A stretch of DNA of 40,882 nucleotides from a virus. The notes under the pieces are model-generated. The model was given only the letters and a program-made list of their open reading frames with translations. It had not been told where the DNA came from and did no database searches. A program made the translations under genes and the position numbers. The stretch lies in IMG/VR virus record IMGVR_UViG_3300033273_000025. One strand, written 5' to 3'. This document shows positions 1 through 8,968 of the stretch, piece after piece. Positions within the stretch are counted from its first letter, which is position 1. Every line of letters begins with the position of its first letter.

Positions 1-141
1 AGGTACTCAGTCAACACCCTCACAACCAGACGAAAGCCTAGGCGGTGCCCTTGGCTACGGTGTGGACAATGCCCAAAAGATGCTTGGTAAAGGTATCCAA
101 GGTGTCGGTGAACTTACCGGCATGGAGGGTGTTGAGCAGTA
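1..141. repeat. Terminal exact overlap, copy 1. It is identical to 40742-40882 and implies a circular or terminally redundant unit of 40,741 bp.
   Basis: Direct comparison: aggtactcagtcaacaccctcacaacc...ggtgttgagcagta occurs at both window ends. The repeat lies entirely inside an open reading frame. Confidence 0.95.
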
Positions 142-3100
142 CGGTGCAGAGGTAGCCCAGCGCAACCAAGCGGAAATAGATGCTTCCAACTACCAACGTC
201 CAGAGGGCGCAGATGGTATCGTGAAGAACATCCGTGAGGGCGACTATGCGGATGCAGGTCGTTCCTTGGTTTACGGTGCGACTGAGGCCGCCCCACAAGT
301 GGGTGCCGGTGTCGCTGCATCTGTAGGCGCAGGTCTAGCAGCAACTTCTGCCCCAGTCATTGGTACAGGGCTTGCAGTAGCCGGTACACTTGCAGGTTCA
401 ACAATGTCTCTTGGTGCAACACGCGAAGAGAAAGAACAGCAGGGACTAGACCCAACTGCAACCGGTACTGACCTAGCAACAGCGATTGCATCTGGCCTTA
501 TAGAACTTACGCCACTGAAAGGCGGCGGTGCTACACTGAAAATCCTACGCGAAGGCGTACAGGAAGCCGGACAAGAAGGCTTGATTATCGGTGGTACAGC
601 AGTCCAAGGCGGTGAGTATGTGTCACAGGACGTCATTGACCGTCTAGGTGATGCAGCAGCCATTGGTGCAACCGTATCTGGTGCAGCCAATGTCGGCATC
701 TCGACTGTCAGCAAAACCGGTGAGCGTATCTTGAAGCCACGTGAAGACCTTGACCCTGAGACAGATCAGGCGGCGGGTGACACAGCGCGTATGTTCCAAG
801 AGATTGCTGAGACTGAAGGCTACAACATTAAGGACGTGGACCCATCTTCACAGAAGGGTGCAAACGCAATCCTAAATGCAGCACGTAGTAAACTTCGTGA
901 AGACATCGACTCGAACTACAAAATTCTGAGCAAAGAGGTGTTGAAGGACGCAGACGAAGCGACAAAGGCAAAGTTCAATGAGACTTTACGCCAAGCGCGT
1001 AACAAAGTTTCTACAACCGTACCTAAAGCGAACCTCGACTTCGTACAACAAAAGGTCGGTAACACCAAAGAAGGCCAAGCGTTACTAAATGCGCTACGCA
1101 AGTCGAACATTGTAACAGAAGTCTACTCAGGCGGTCTAAAGGGCGGCATTTCGCAGTTCACAGACACGTTCAACCCGCTTCCTTCATTCGGACGTTCCTA
1201 CAACCCAGCAGGGATGATCGGTGGTAACATTAACACTGGTGCAGCACTTGCAACCGGTGGTCAGTCCTTGGCTGTCCAGATTCCTACGGTCCTAGCGGGT
1301 CGTGGTATCGACGCAATCACAGGACGCAGATCGAAACTCAACACGTTCATTAAGAAGAACAAGAAGAAGGACGGTCTAGCAGACCCAACTGGTGTTTCAG
1401 TCGAAGGACGTACAGCACGTTTGAAAGCACAGGCGAAAGCACGTGCGAAAGCGAAGAAAGACGCTGATGATGCAGCAGCAGCAGCAACTTATGTCCGCCA
1501 GTACAAGCGTGGAGATATGCCGAACCCAGCATCACCTCGCGGTGTTATGTTTGCGTCTATTGCAGAAGTTGATCCTACGATGCAGCAGCAACTCACACCA
1601 CGTGAGATTGACGCGGCAGTCGATGACATCCTCACACGTCTTGAAAACAGTGTAGGTGACAGAACGAAAGCATCTATCGCTGCATATCGTCAAATGCTTG
1701 AGACTGGTCGTACGATCAAGAAGGGCAAGCCTCTGAGTGAGGTTATCGGTCTAGTCAAAACTGAGATTGCGAGAGCAAACCGAGGTAAGACACCACCGAC
1801 AGCACCAACGACTGTGAACCAGCCTACTATTCCTGTTTCACCACGCCCAGCGCGGATTCAAGATGGTGTTGATGCTAACAAGGCTTTCCTGAAGCAACTT
1901 CGTGATGACATGAACGGCGACAAGAGCATTAGTTCAGGTGATCGTGCAGTTTTGACTAAGGCACTGGACGAACTTGGATTGAACTTAGGTTCCGATCCTG
2001 TGTTCAAAGCAACTGAGATTGTAGACGGTGCGCGTGTAAGTCTTACATCCATGTCCCTTGCAGATAAGTACCTTGTTCCCTATCTAAATAGGATCAAGAT
2101 GCAGCAAGCGGCGGTAAAGGCCAAAGCATCTAAGGCAAAGCCAAAGGCGAAAGCGAAGAGAGATGACGGACCGAATACAGCCCCTACCACCCCACCTACG
2201 CAAACTTCTGGACCAAGCGGATCAGGAGATACAGGAGGGCAAAGCGGACAAACTGGAACTGGACCCGTTCAACTGGCCGGACCTACACCCGACAGCCCCA
2301 AGCCTGAACCCAAGCCCACCAAGCCTAAACTCAAGAAGCCGACGACAGCAACGGTAAAGAAGAAGTTACCCGAAGCTAAGGCAATCATTGAGATTGGTAA
2401 GAAAGGCTCAAAGTACGAGCATGGTATTCAGGACGTAGACACGGCCCTAGAAGTTGCTCAACTACTTGGTATCACAGCTAAGATGATGAACAGCGGCACT
2501 GCCCTACAGAAAGAGGCTGGAGGCAGTAAGGGTACTATGGCTATGCACTCTTGGTCCCCATCTATGAAGGGCTTTGGAAGTAAAGTGTTCTTCATTAAGC
2601 CAAAGGGTTCTTTCCGTGGTGAAAAGATCAGTTCTCTAAAATCTTTACACTCGTTGTTACACGAAATGGGTCACTCACTGACTCAAGGTAACATGGATGG
2701 TGTTGGTGAGTTTGGTCAGGCGTACGTCTCTAACAAAGGTAACAAGCGTAAAGATATTGTAGGCGCAAACAGTTACAACAGTTCTGTTATGAAGCCTATT
2801 CTTGAGTCTAAAGGTTTAGACCACCCAGCAATCAAAGAAATCATAGCGTTTCAAGAGGCTGGTAAGGCTTACGTTGAGAATAACCCGAGTGAAATACAGC
2901 AACCACGTGAATCATTGACTTACCTGCTTAAAGAATTGAACGAGGCAGATAAGAAGGGTGAACAATGGTTGATTGACCACTACAAAAAGCAACTGCGAAA
3001 CTTCCGTGCCTACACCAACAGTACGCCGGAACTATCAGTTGACCCAATGTGGCTGTATCTGATGAACCCGCGCCTCGCTAAAGAACTAATGCCGATCAAC

Positions 3101-3268
3101 AGTAAGATGATCAAAGCAGAGTTCGACAAAGCGAACAACGGTAAGATTCTGTTCTACTCACATCCATTCGCAACCATACTCGCTGTCGCTATGGCAATGG
3201 GTCTAGTCGCAGCCGCAGGTGGCAACGACGAAGAACCACCCATGCCTGATGGTGTTCTAACAGCATAG
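2..3268 (+). CDS. Large internal virion / ejection-type protein with an HExxH metallopeptidase motif. The 5' end is cut by linearisation; the true start is 40635.
   Basis: The frame is open from base 2, so the GTG at 62 is an ORF-caller artefact. Features seen: a Gly/Ala-rich hydrophobic stretch (nt 284-418), a P/T/K-rich linker (nt 2158-2366), HEMGH at nt 2660-2674, and a C-terminal hydrophobic helix (nt ~3160-3222). It is the third and largest of three consecutive large ORFs, which is the usual position of podovirus core proteins. Confidence 0.7.
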   Translation, partial: GTQSTPSQPDESLGGALGYGVDNAQKMLGKGIQGVGELTGMEGVEQYGAEVAQRNQAEIDASNYQRPEGADGIVKNIREGDYADAGRSLVYGATEAAPQVGAGVAASVGAGLAATSAPVIGTGLAVAGTLAGSTMSLGATREEKEQQGLDPTATGTDLATAIASGLIELTPLKGGGATLKILREGVQEAGQEGLIIGGTAVQGGEYVSQDVIDRLGDAAAIGATVSGAANVGISTVSKTGERILKPREDLDPETDQAAGDTARMFQEIAETEGYNIKDVDPSSQKGANAILNAARSKLREDIDSNYKILSKEVLKDADEATKAKFNETLRQARNKVSTTVPKANLDFVQQKVGNTKEGQALLNALRKSNIVTEVYSGGLKGGISQFTDTFNPLPSFGRSYNPAGMIGGNINTGAALATGGQSLAVQIPTVLAGRGIDAITGRRSKLNTFIKKNKKKDGLADPTGVSVEGRTARLKAQAKARAKAKKDADDAAAAATYVRQYKRGDMPNPASPRGVMFASIAEVDPTMQQQLTPREIDAAVDDILTRLENSVGDRTKASIAAYRQMLETGRTIKKGKPLSEVIGLVKTEIARANRGKTPPTAPTTVNQPTIPVSPRPARIQDGVDANKAFLKQLRDDMNGDKSISSGDRAVLTKALDELGLNLGSDPVFKATEIVDGARVSLTSMSLADKYLVPYLNRIKMQQAAVKAKASKAKPKAKAKRDDGPNTAPTTPPTQTSGPSGSGDTGGQSGQTGTGPVQLAGPTPDSPKPEPKPTKPKLKKPTTATVKKKLPEAKAIIEIGKKGSKYEHGIQDVDTALEVAQLLGITAKMMNSGTALQKEAGGSKGTMAMHSWSPSMKGFGSKVFFIKPKGSFRGEKISSLKSLHSLLHEMGHSLTQGNMDGVGEFGQAYVSNKGNKRKDIVGANSYNSSVMKPILESKGLDHPAIKEIIAFQEAGKAYVENNPSEIQQPRESLTYLLKELNEADKKGEQWLIDHYKKQLRNFRAYTNSTPELSVDPMWLYLMNPRLAKELMPINSKMIKAEFDKANNGKILFYSHPFATILAVAMAMGLVAAAGGNDEEPPMPDGVLTA

Positions 3269-3288
3269 GGTGTCCCTTCGGGGGCACC
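3269..3288 (+). other. Stable stem-loop with a UUCG tetraloop immediately after the stop codon. No U-run follows.
   Basis: GGTGTCCC-TTCG-GGGGCACC forms 8 bp including one G.U. It starts 1 nt after TAG 3266-3268. Confidence 0.6.
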
Positions 3289-3313
3289 TTCACCCCCAAA
3301 GAGAGCAAACCCC

Positions 3314-3691
3314 ATGAATAAAACCGCATTTGACCTAATGCCCTTGCTGCAAAGCATTGAGGCAGTGAAGTCATCCGGACTGACGAAAGCCCAAAAAGAT
3401 TCAATCTTACAGGAAATGGCGGCCCAACTGCCGGCCCCTGTGTTCTGCAAGGCGTGTCCACAGACACTTGAAATCATCGGAAGTCTATTAGGAGTAAAAC
3501 GTAATGGGAGCACCCAAGAACCCAAGAAAGAAGAGTCCCAAAAAGGAACTGACGATGCCTCAAAAGGGCCATCAGAAGGGCAAGAAGAATTACTTCGCAA
3601 AACTGATGGAAACCGAGGAAGGTCGAGCACTAAGAAAGCAGTGGTCAACAAAACCTCGCAAAAACGCGGGTCGTCCAAAGGGAACGCCTGA
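3314..3691 (+). CDS. Hypothetical protein. Its 3' 188 nt overlap the next gene in another frame.
   Basis: ATG ORF of 125 aa. The N-terminal half looks protein-like (MNKTAFDLMPLLQSIEAVKSSGLTKAQKDSILQEM...). The C-terminal half is K/E/G/S-rich and encoded by a purine-rich stretch. The RBS is weak. Confidence 0.4.
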   Translation: MNKTAFDLMPLLQSIEAVKSSGLTKAQKDSILQEMAAQLPAPVFCKACPQTLEIIGSLLGVKRNGSTQEPKKEESQKGTDDASKGPSEGQEELLRKTDGNRGRSSTKKAVVNKTSQKRGSSKGNA

Positions 3692-4004
3692 TGGGTACAC
3701 ATTGGAGGCCATTACACCAATCAGAAAACAGGCAAAGAAAGACGCCGAAAGGATTGTTGCTAAGATGACCAAAGATAACAACATTGATGACGAATACGCG
3801 ATTGAGGCTCTGAAGGCAGCCGTAGAAATCATGCGGGAACCCGGACAAAACCGTGACCGCCTAACAGCCGCGCGTATGGTCCTAGACTTTACGAAAACCA
3901 AACCCGCTGCAAAGAGCGAAGTTACTATTGGTAAGGCTGAAGCCTTCTTGGAATCGCTCTTGGACAGCGACGACGAAGAAGAGCAAAATGGATCAGAAAC
4001 TTAA
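3504..4004 (+). CDS. Putative small terminase subunit.
   Basis: GGAG lies 9 nt upstream of the ATG, and a TAA in this frame at 3495-3497 fixes the start. Very basic N-terminus (GRPKG), acidic C-terminus. It sits immediately upstream of, and overlaps, the large terminase gene. Confidence 0.55.
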   Translation: MGAPKNPRKKSPKKELTMPQKGHQKGKKNYFAKLMETEEGRALRKQWSTKPRKNAGRPKGTPDGYTLEAITPIRKQAKKDAERIVAKMTKDNNIDDEYAIEALKAAVEIMREPGQNRDRLTAARMVLDFTKTKPAAKSEVTIGKAEAFLESLLDSDDEEEQNGSET

Positions 4005-5559
4005 AGAAGTCCGCAAGCGTCTATTTGACGACTTCGACTTTTATGCCAAAGCCGCACTCAAAATCAGAACCAAGGACGGTGACATTCGTCCTCTGAAACT
4101 AAAACCAGCCCAGCGCATTTTGCAGAAGGCGGTTGAGGAACAGATTGCAAGCGAAGGCAAAGTTCGGATCATTATTCTCAAGGCCCGACAGCAAGGTCTG
4201 TCAACGTATGTGGGTGGGTATCTGTATCACAATGTGTCACAGCGCAAAGCGTGTAAGGCAATGGTGATTACCCACCACAGCGACAGTACCCGAGCCTTGT
4301 TCGATATGACCAAGCGTTACCACGAAAACTGCCCAGAGTTACTAAAGCCACACACCAAGTATTCATCGCGCCGAGAACTTACGTTTGACGTGTTGGACAG
4401 TTCGTATGTGGTTGCTACAGCGGGTGGTGAAAGCATCGGACGTGGTGAAACGCTTACCCATGTTCACGCTTCGGAACTTGCGTTCTGGTCCAAGTCTACA
4501 GCACTTGAGAACTGGAACGGTCTGACACAAGCGGTGCCTAACAAGAAGGGCACAGCAATCTTCGTTGAAAGCACAGCGAATGGTGTCAGTGGTATCTTCT
4601 ACGACCTTTGGAAAGGTGCGGTAGAGGGTACGAATGGTTACGTGCCTGTGTTCATTCCGTGGTTCATGGACCCTGAGTATCGGGAACCAGTGCCAGAGAA
4701 CTTCGAGAGAACACCAGAAGAGCAAGAACTGTGTGACAAGTACGACCTAGACGATGGGCAACTTATGTTCCGTAGACGCAAGGTTGCACAGAACGGCATC
4801 GACCTCTTCAAACAGGAATACCCAGCAGAACCAGAAGAAGCCTTCTTGACCACAGGTCGTCCTGTGTTCAACCCAGAGGCACTTCAGGAACGTCTCGGTG
4901 AGGCACCCGATCCGATTGCTAACTTGGCACTAGAAGGTGACGAGTGGCTAGAGAACGTGCGTGGTGAACTGACGATGTACCGCAAGTATGACTCAGGTGA
5001 GAGATACACAATCGGTGCAGACGTTGCGATGGGTGTTAGAGGCGGTGACTGGTCCGTGGCGCAAGTCTTGGACAGTAAGAAGCGACAGGTTGCTACATAC
5101 CGCGCCCAAGTACACCCGGACTACTTTGCTGAAGTTCTCTTCAAGTTAGGCGAGTTCTTTAACTTCGGCCTAATCATCGTTGAGAACAACAGTCATGGTA
5201 TTCTTACTTGTACACGCCTCGGTAAAGACATGGCGTACCCTAACTTCTACACCGAAATCCAAGTAGACAAACTGACAGACAAAGAGACTGTCAAACTTGG
5301 CTTCACAACCACTGCAAAAACAAAGCCTCTAGTCGTTGACGAACTCAGGGCTGCGGTTCGAGAGGGAACAATCGAACTGAACGACAAAGTAACTATCCGA
5401 GAGATGCTTACCTACATCGTGAACAACAGCGGTGGCATGGAGGCAGAATCCGGATGCTTCGATGACTGTGTAATGAGTTTGGCCTTAGCCAACCACATCC
5501 ATGAGGGTGCTTGGGAACCCATAGAGGCAGTCGATGATCTATATATTGAGATGGTTTAA
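3988..5559 (+). CDS. terL: Large terminase subunit.
   Basis: 523 aa from the internal ATG (MDQKLKEVRKRLFDDFDFY). Walker-A-like KARQQGLST. It is followed directly by the portal gene. The ORF-track start 3928 would overlap the previous gene by 77 nt. Confidence 0.85.
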   Translation: MDQKLKEVRKRLFDDFDFYAKAALKIRTKDGDIRPLKLKPAQRILQKAVEEQIASEGKVRIIILKARQQGLSTYVGGYLYHNVSQRKACKAMVITHHSDSTRALFDMTKRYHENCPELLKPHTKYSSRRELTFDVLDSSYVVATAGGESIGRGETLTHVHASELAFWSKSTALENWNGLTQAVPNKKGTAIFVESTANGVSGIFYDLWKGAVEGTNGYVPVFIPWFMDPEYREPVPENFERTPEEQELCDKYDLDDGQLMFRRRKVAQNGIDLFKQEYPAEPEEAFLTTGRPVFNPEALQERLGEAPDPIANLALEGDEWLENVRGELTMYRKYDSGERYTIGADVAMGVRGGDWSVAQVLDSKKRQVATYRAQVHPDYFAEVLFKLGEFFNFGLIIVENNSHGILTCTRLGKDMAYPNFYTEIQVDKLTDKETVKLGFTTTAKTKPLVVDELRAAVREGTIELNDKVTIREMLTYIVNNSGGMEAESGCFDDCVMSLALANHIHEGAWEPIEAVDDLYIEMV

Positions 5560-5561
5560 CG

Positions 5562-7583
5562 ATGAAAGAACTTAAAAAACTTGATGACGAGAAGATCGTC
5601 TCAATCGTAGATAACAACCTACGAATGTCGATTGGCTATGCTGATAGTGAACTAAGCCGTGAACGCTCACGTGTCATGGACTACTACTCAGCAAAACTTC
5701 CGAAACCGGCGCACGATGGTAACAGTAAGTACGTGTCTCAGGACGTGTACGATGCAGTCGAAAGTATGAAGGCAGCACTGTTGGAAACATTCAGTACGGG
5801 AAACCGTACGCTTCGTTTCTCACCACAGGGACCAGAAGATGTCCTAATGGCAGAAGTTTGCACAGAGTACACTGATTACGTCCTACACCGCCAGAACCAC
5901 TTGTTCGAGGTAATGCAGACAGTCATTCACGATGGTCTGATTGCACGTGCAGGTGTTGCGAAGGTTTACTGGTCACAACAGTCCGACAGTCACCTTGAGT
6001 ACGTCGAAGACCTCACTGAAGAGGAACTAGACGCAATCTTGGCAGACGACATGGTTGAGATTGAGGAAATCGTGGAGGACGAGTTTGGTCTGTACACAGG
6101 CGAACTACGTGTGTTCCGTGACACCTCACAGGTCAAGATCGAAGCCGTTGCGCCTGAAGAGTTCTTGATTGAGCCACAGTGTCGTTCAATGGAAACTGCA
6201 TCCTTTGTCGCCCACCGCACACGCAAGACAATCTCAGAACTAATTGAGATGGGCTATGACGAAGACTTGGTGATGGACATTAGTGACGAGGACAATGACT
6301 TCGACACTGATCCGGAGGTTCTATCACGCTTCGATGACATTGGTGCAGGTCGTGGTTTCTCGACCAAAGGCAACCAGAACCAATCACGTCAGGTGACAGT
6401 CGTAGAGGCATATCTACCACTAGACCCAGACGGAACAGGTACGACTGATCTATACCGCATTGTGAAGGTAGGAAACGTCATGTTGTCGAAAGACATGGTG
6501 ACACGTATGCCATTCGTGGCCTTCGTTCCTCTACCGATCCCACACGCGTTCCACGGTAACAACTTCGCAGACAAGTTGATTGCTATTCAGAACGCACGGA
6601 CTGTGTTGACACGCTCAATCCTCGACCACGCGATGGTAACAAACAACCCTCGCTACACTGTGGTCAAGGGTGGCTTGACGAACCCACGTGAACTTATCGA
6701 CAACCGTGTCGGTGGTATCGTGAACGTCACACGTCCAGATGCAATCAACCCAATGCCTCAAGCATCCCTCAACCCCTTCATCTTCCAGACAATCCAAATG
6801 CTGGACGAGGACAAAGAGGACACTTCCGGTGTCTCACGTCTATCTCAGGGCTTAAACAAGGATGCTATCTCGAAGCAGAACTCGGCGGCTATGGTCGAAC
6901 AGTTGGCAACTATGAGCCAACAGCGACAGAAGATCATCGCACGTAACTTCGCTAACAACTTCCTGAAACCATTGTTCAACCTTGTCTACCAGTTGTGTGT
7001 AGAGAACGAGACGATGGAAAAGATCGTTGAACTAGCGGGACAGTACGTCAAAATCTCACCGTCACAATGGTCAGACAAACGTGACGTAATGGTCGAGTTT
7101 AACTTGGGTTATGGTGAACAAGAGACGCAGATTCAAAAGTACCTCGCGTTCCACCAGTTGTTTAGTTCAGACCCATCACTACAGCAGATGTACGGCCCAG
7201 CGCAGAAGTACAAAATGCTTGGTGCTATCCTAGACAAGAGTGGAATTAAGAATGTTGCTGACTATCTGGTCGATCCTTCAACAATACCACCACAACAACC
7301 AGACCCAGCCTCACAGATGCAGATGCAAATGGCGCAGAAGCAACTTGAGGTACAAGAACGTCAGACAGCAGTTGCAGAACTTAAAGCACAGACTGACGCA
7401 GAAATTGCGAAGATGAAGTTGGAACTTGAGAAGATCAAGACACAGCAGCAGTTCGCAATCCAATCGGACAAGTTGGACTTACAAGAGTCACAACAGGCGC
7501 ACAAAGAAGCAGTCAACTACGAAGAGTTAGAGATTGCGAAACGTGCCGAAGACGTCCGAGCAATCGCAAGCCCGAATGGGTAA
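5562..7583 (+). CDS. Portal protein with an extended C-terminal coiled-coil (barrel-like) tail.
   Basis: 673 aa, positioned directly after terL. The N-terminus (SELSRERSRVMDYYSAKLP) is of a type seen in portals. The last ~100 aa are Q/E/K/A-rich heptad-like sequence. Confidence 0.85.
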   Translation: MKELKKLDDEKIVSIVDNNLRMSIGYADSELSRERSRVMDYYSAKLPKPAHDGNSKYVSQDVYDAVESMKAALLETFSTGNRTLRFSPQGPEDVLMAEVCTEYTDYVLHRQNHLFEVMQTVIHDGLIARAGVAKVYWSQQSDSHLEYVEDLTEEELDAILADDMVEIEEIVEDEFGLYTGELRVFRDTSQVKIEAVAPEEFLIEPQCRSMETASFVAHRTRKTISELIEMGYDEDLVMDISDEDNDFDTDPEVLSRFDDIGAGRGFSTKGNQNQSRQVTVVEAYLPLDPDGTGTTDLYRIVKVGNVMLSKDMVTRMPFVAFVPLPIPHAFHGNNFADKLIAIQNARTVLTRSILDHAMVTNNPRYTVVKGGLTNPRELIDNRVGGIVNVTRPDAINPMPQASLNPFIFQTIQMLDEDKEDTSGVSRLSQGLNKDAISKQNSAAMVEQLATMSQQRQKIIARNFANNFLKPLFNLVYQLCVENETMEKIVELAGQYVKISPSQWSDKRDVMVEFNLGYGEQETQIQKYLAFHQLFSSDPSLQQMYGPAQKYKMLGAILDKSGIKNVADYLVDPSTIPPQQPDPASQMQMQMAQKQLEVQERQTAVAELKAQTDAEIAKMKLELEKIKTQQQFAIQSDKLDLQESQQAHKEAVNYEELEIAKRAEDVRAIASPNG

Positions 7584-7601
7584 CTAACCAAAAGGTAATA
7601 C

Positions 7602-7874
7602 ATGCCAACACAAGAAGAGCAACTTGTAATGGCAGGGGATGAAGCAGAGGCCGTACTATCGGCCCCTGCGTTCACTTCTGTCGTCGATTCAATCGTAGAG
7701 CAAGCATTCTCTACGTTCGTGAATACCCAACCAGTGGACGAGCATTTACGAGAAAAAGCCTACTACCACTATCGCGCAATAGCAGACGTGGTGAACACCC
7801 TAAAGCAACGAGTCGAGGTGCGTGACAACATCGTGGCTCAAGGCGACAACAGCCAAGAGGAACTAGGTCTATGA
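7602..7874 (+). CDS. Hypothetical protein between portal and scaffold.
   Basis: 90-aa ORF with AAAGGTAA upstream. Its stop overlaps the next ATG (ATGA). Confidence 0.6.
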   Translation: MPTQEEQLVMAGDEAEAVLSAPAFTSVVDSIVEQAFSTFVNTQPVDEHLREKAYYHYRAIADVVNTLKQRVEVRDNIVAQGDNSQEELGL

Positions 7875-8935
7875 CAAACGACCCAAACAGTAACTCAGAA
7901 CCCCGCGCGTTAGATTTAGATGACGCCGCAGATGCAATCCTAGGTCGATGGGATGACGGTGAAAACCTATCTGAAGTCGAAGACGAGGATTCAACACCCG
8001 AAGACGTCGAAGAGACAGACGTTGACGAGGGTGAATTTGAAGATGACGACCTTGAAGAAGAAGTAGAGGACGACACGGACCCTGAAGAGGATGAAGCCGA
8101 AGAATACGAGGATGACGACGAAGAGGAAGTCGAAGAAGACGAGACAGAAGAAACATCTGTTGTGTCTGACGATGCCCTAATCGAAGTTAGCGTCAAAGGT
8201 GAAAACAAACAGGTATCCGTTAAGGACTTGAAACGTCTTTATGGACAAGAGGCATCTTTAACACAAAAGTCTCAAGATTTAGCAGCCCAGCGCAAAGTTG
8301 CAGAACAAGAGTTCGCAAGGACGCAATTGGCATACCAGAAAATGTTAGAACGTGCGGAAGCCCGACTAGCACCGTATTCAGAGATGGATATGTTACTAGC
8401 GGCACAGCAGATGGATGCAGAGACGTTTGCACAACTGCGACAAGACGCACGTCAGGCCGAAGAGGATGTAAAGTTCCTCAAAGAAGAAAGTCAAAATCTT
8501 CTAGGTGAACTGCAAGCAAACCAGCAGCAAGCGATGCAGAAGGCGGCACAAGATTGTGTTCGTGTTCTGGAAGAGCAACTGCCGGATTGGGGTAACGAAT
8601 TGTACAACGACATTCGTGCCTATGCAGTCAAATCAGGTCTGCCTCAAGAACAAGTTGATCAATACACAGACCCAACGGTCATCATGTTAATCAACAAAGC
8701 CCGACTTTACGACGAGTCCAAGAAGTCAGCGCAATCAAAGAAAGCGAAGGCGAAAGTGACAAAATCCAAGTCGAGCAAGACAAAGGTCTTGAGTTCTAAG
8801 AAATCACCACCCTCCAAAACAACGATGAAGACTAAGCGTCAACAACAGGCTCAGGCCAAGCTGCGCAACAATCCTCGTTACGGTGGCGATACGGATGACA
8901 TTGCCGAAGCACTTATGGCGCGTTGGGAAGACTAA
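7871..8935 (+). CDS. Putative scaffolding protein with an extreme acidic tract and a basic C-terminus.
   Basis: It lies between portal and capsid genes. Middle section is coiled-coil-like. A D/E-rich run covers nt ~7961-8159, and the tail is K/S-rich. Confidence 0.7.
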   Translation: MTNDPNSNSEPRALDLDDAADAILGRWDDGENLSEVEDEDSTPEDVEETDVDEGEFEDDDLEEEVEDDTDPEEDEAEEYEDDDEEEVEEDETEETSVVSDDALIEVSVKGENKQVSVKDLKRLYGQEASLTQKSQDLAAQRKVAEQEFARTQLAYQKMLERAEARLAPYSEMDMLLAAQQMDAETFAQLRQDARQAEEDVKFLKEESQNLLGELQANQQQAMQKAAQDCVRVLEEQLPDWGNELYNDIRAYAVKSGLPQEQVDQYTDPTVIMLINKARLYDESKKSAQSKKAKAKVTKSKSSKTKVLSSKKSPPSKTTMKTKRQQQAQAKLRNNPRYGGDTDDIAEALMARWED

Positions 8936-8968
8936 CCCCAATCTTGCCTAATAGAAGGATTAAAACCT

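Noticed and set aside
1-141. The 141-bp overlap as the genuine direct terminal repeat of the virion DNA.
   Set aside because: It is entirely within a coding sequence and its length matches a common assembler k-mer. It is treated as a circularisation signature pending read-level analysis.
62-3268. The ORF-track start (GTG at 62) for the 1068-aa protein.
   Set aside because: The frame is open back to base 2. It continues in phase from ATG 40635 across the 141-bp overlap, so the GTG is an artefact of linearisation.
3531-3550. Programmed ribosomal frameshift joining ORF 3314 to ORF 3504 at CCCAAAAAGG.
   Set aside because: The heptamer is not in an X XXY YYZ register for either frame. The downstream ORF also has its own RBS and a fixed start.
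7711-8208. Ser-rich and Arg/Leu-rich antisense ORFs opposite the scaffold gene.
   Set aside because: They are the complement of the GAn-rich acidic tract, are pure low complexity, and lie on the wrong strand for the operon.
8936-8968. A promoter-like CCTAATAGAAGGA upstream of the capsid gene.
   Set aside because: The similarity comes mostly from the Shine-Dalgarno GAAGGA. The C-run and upstream half of the 23-mer are missing.
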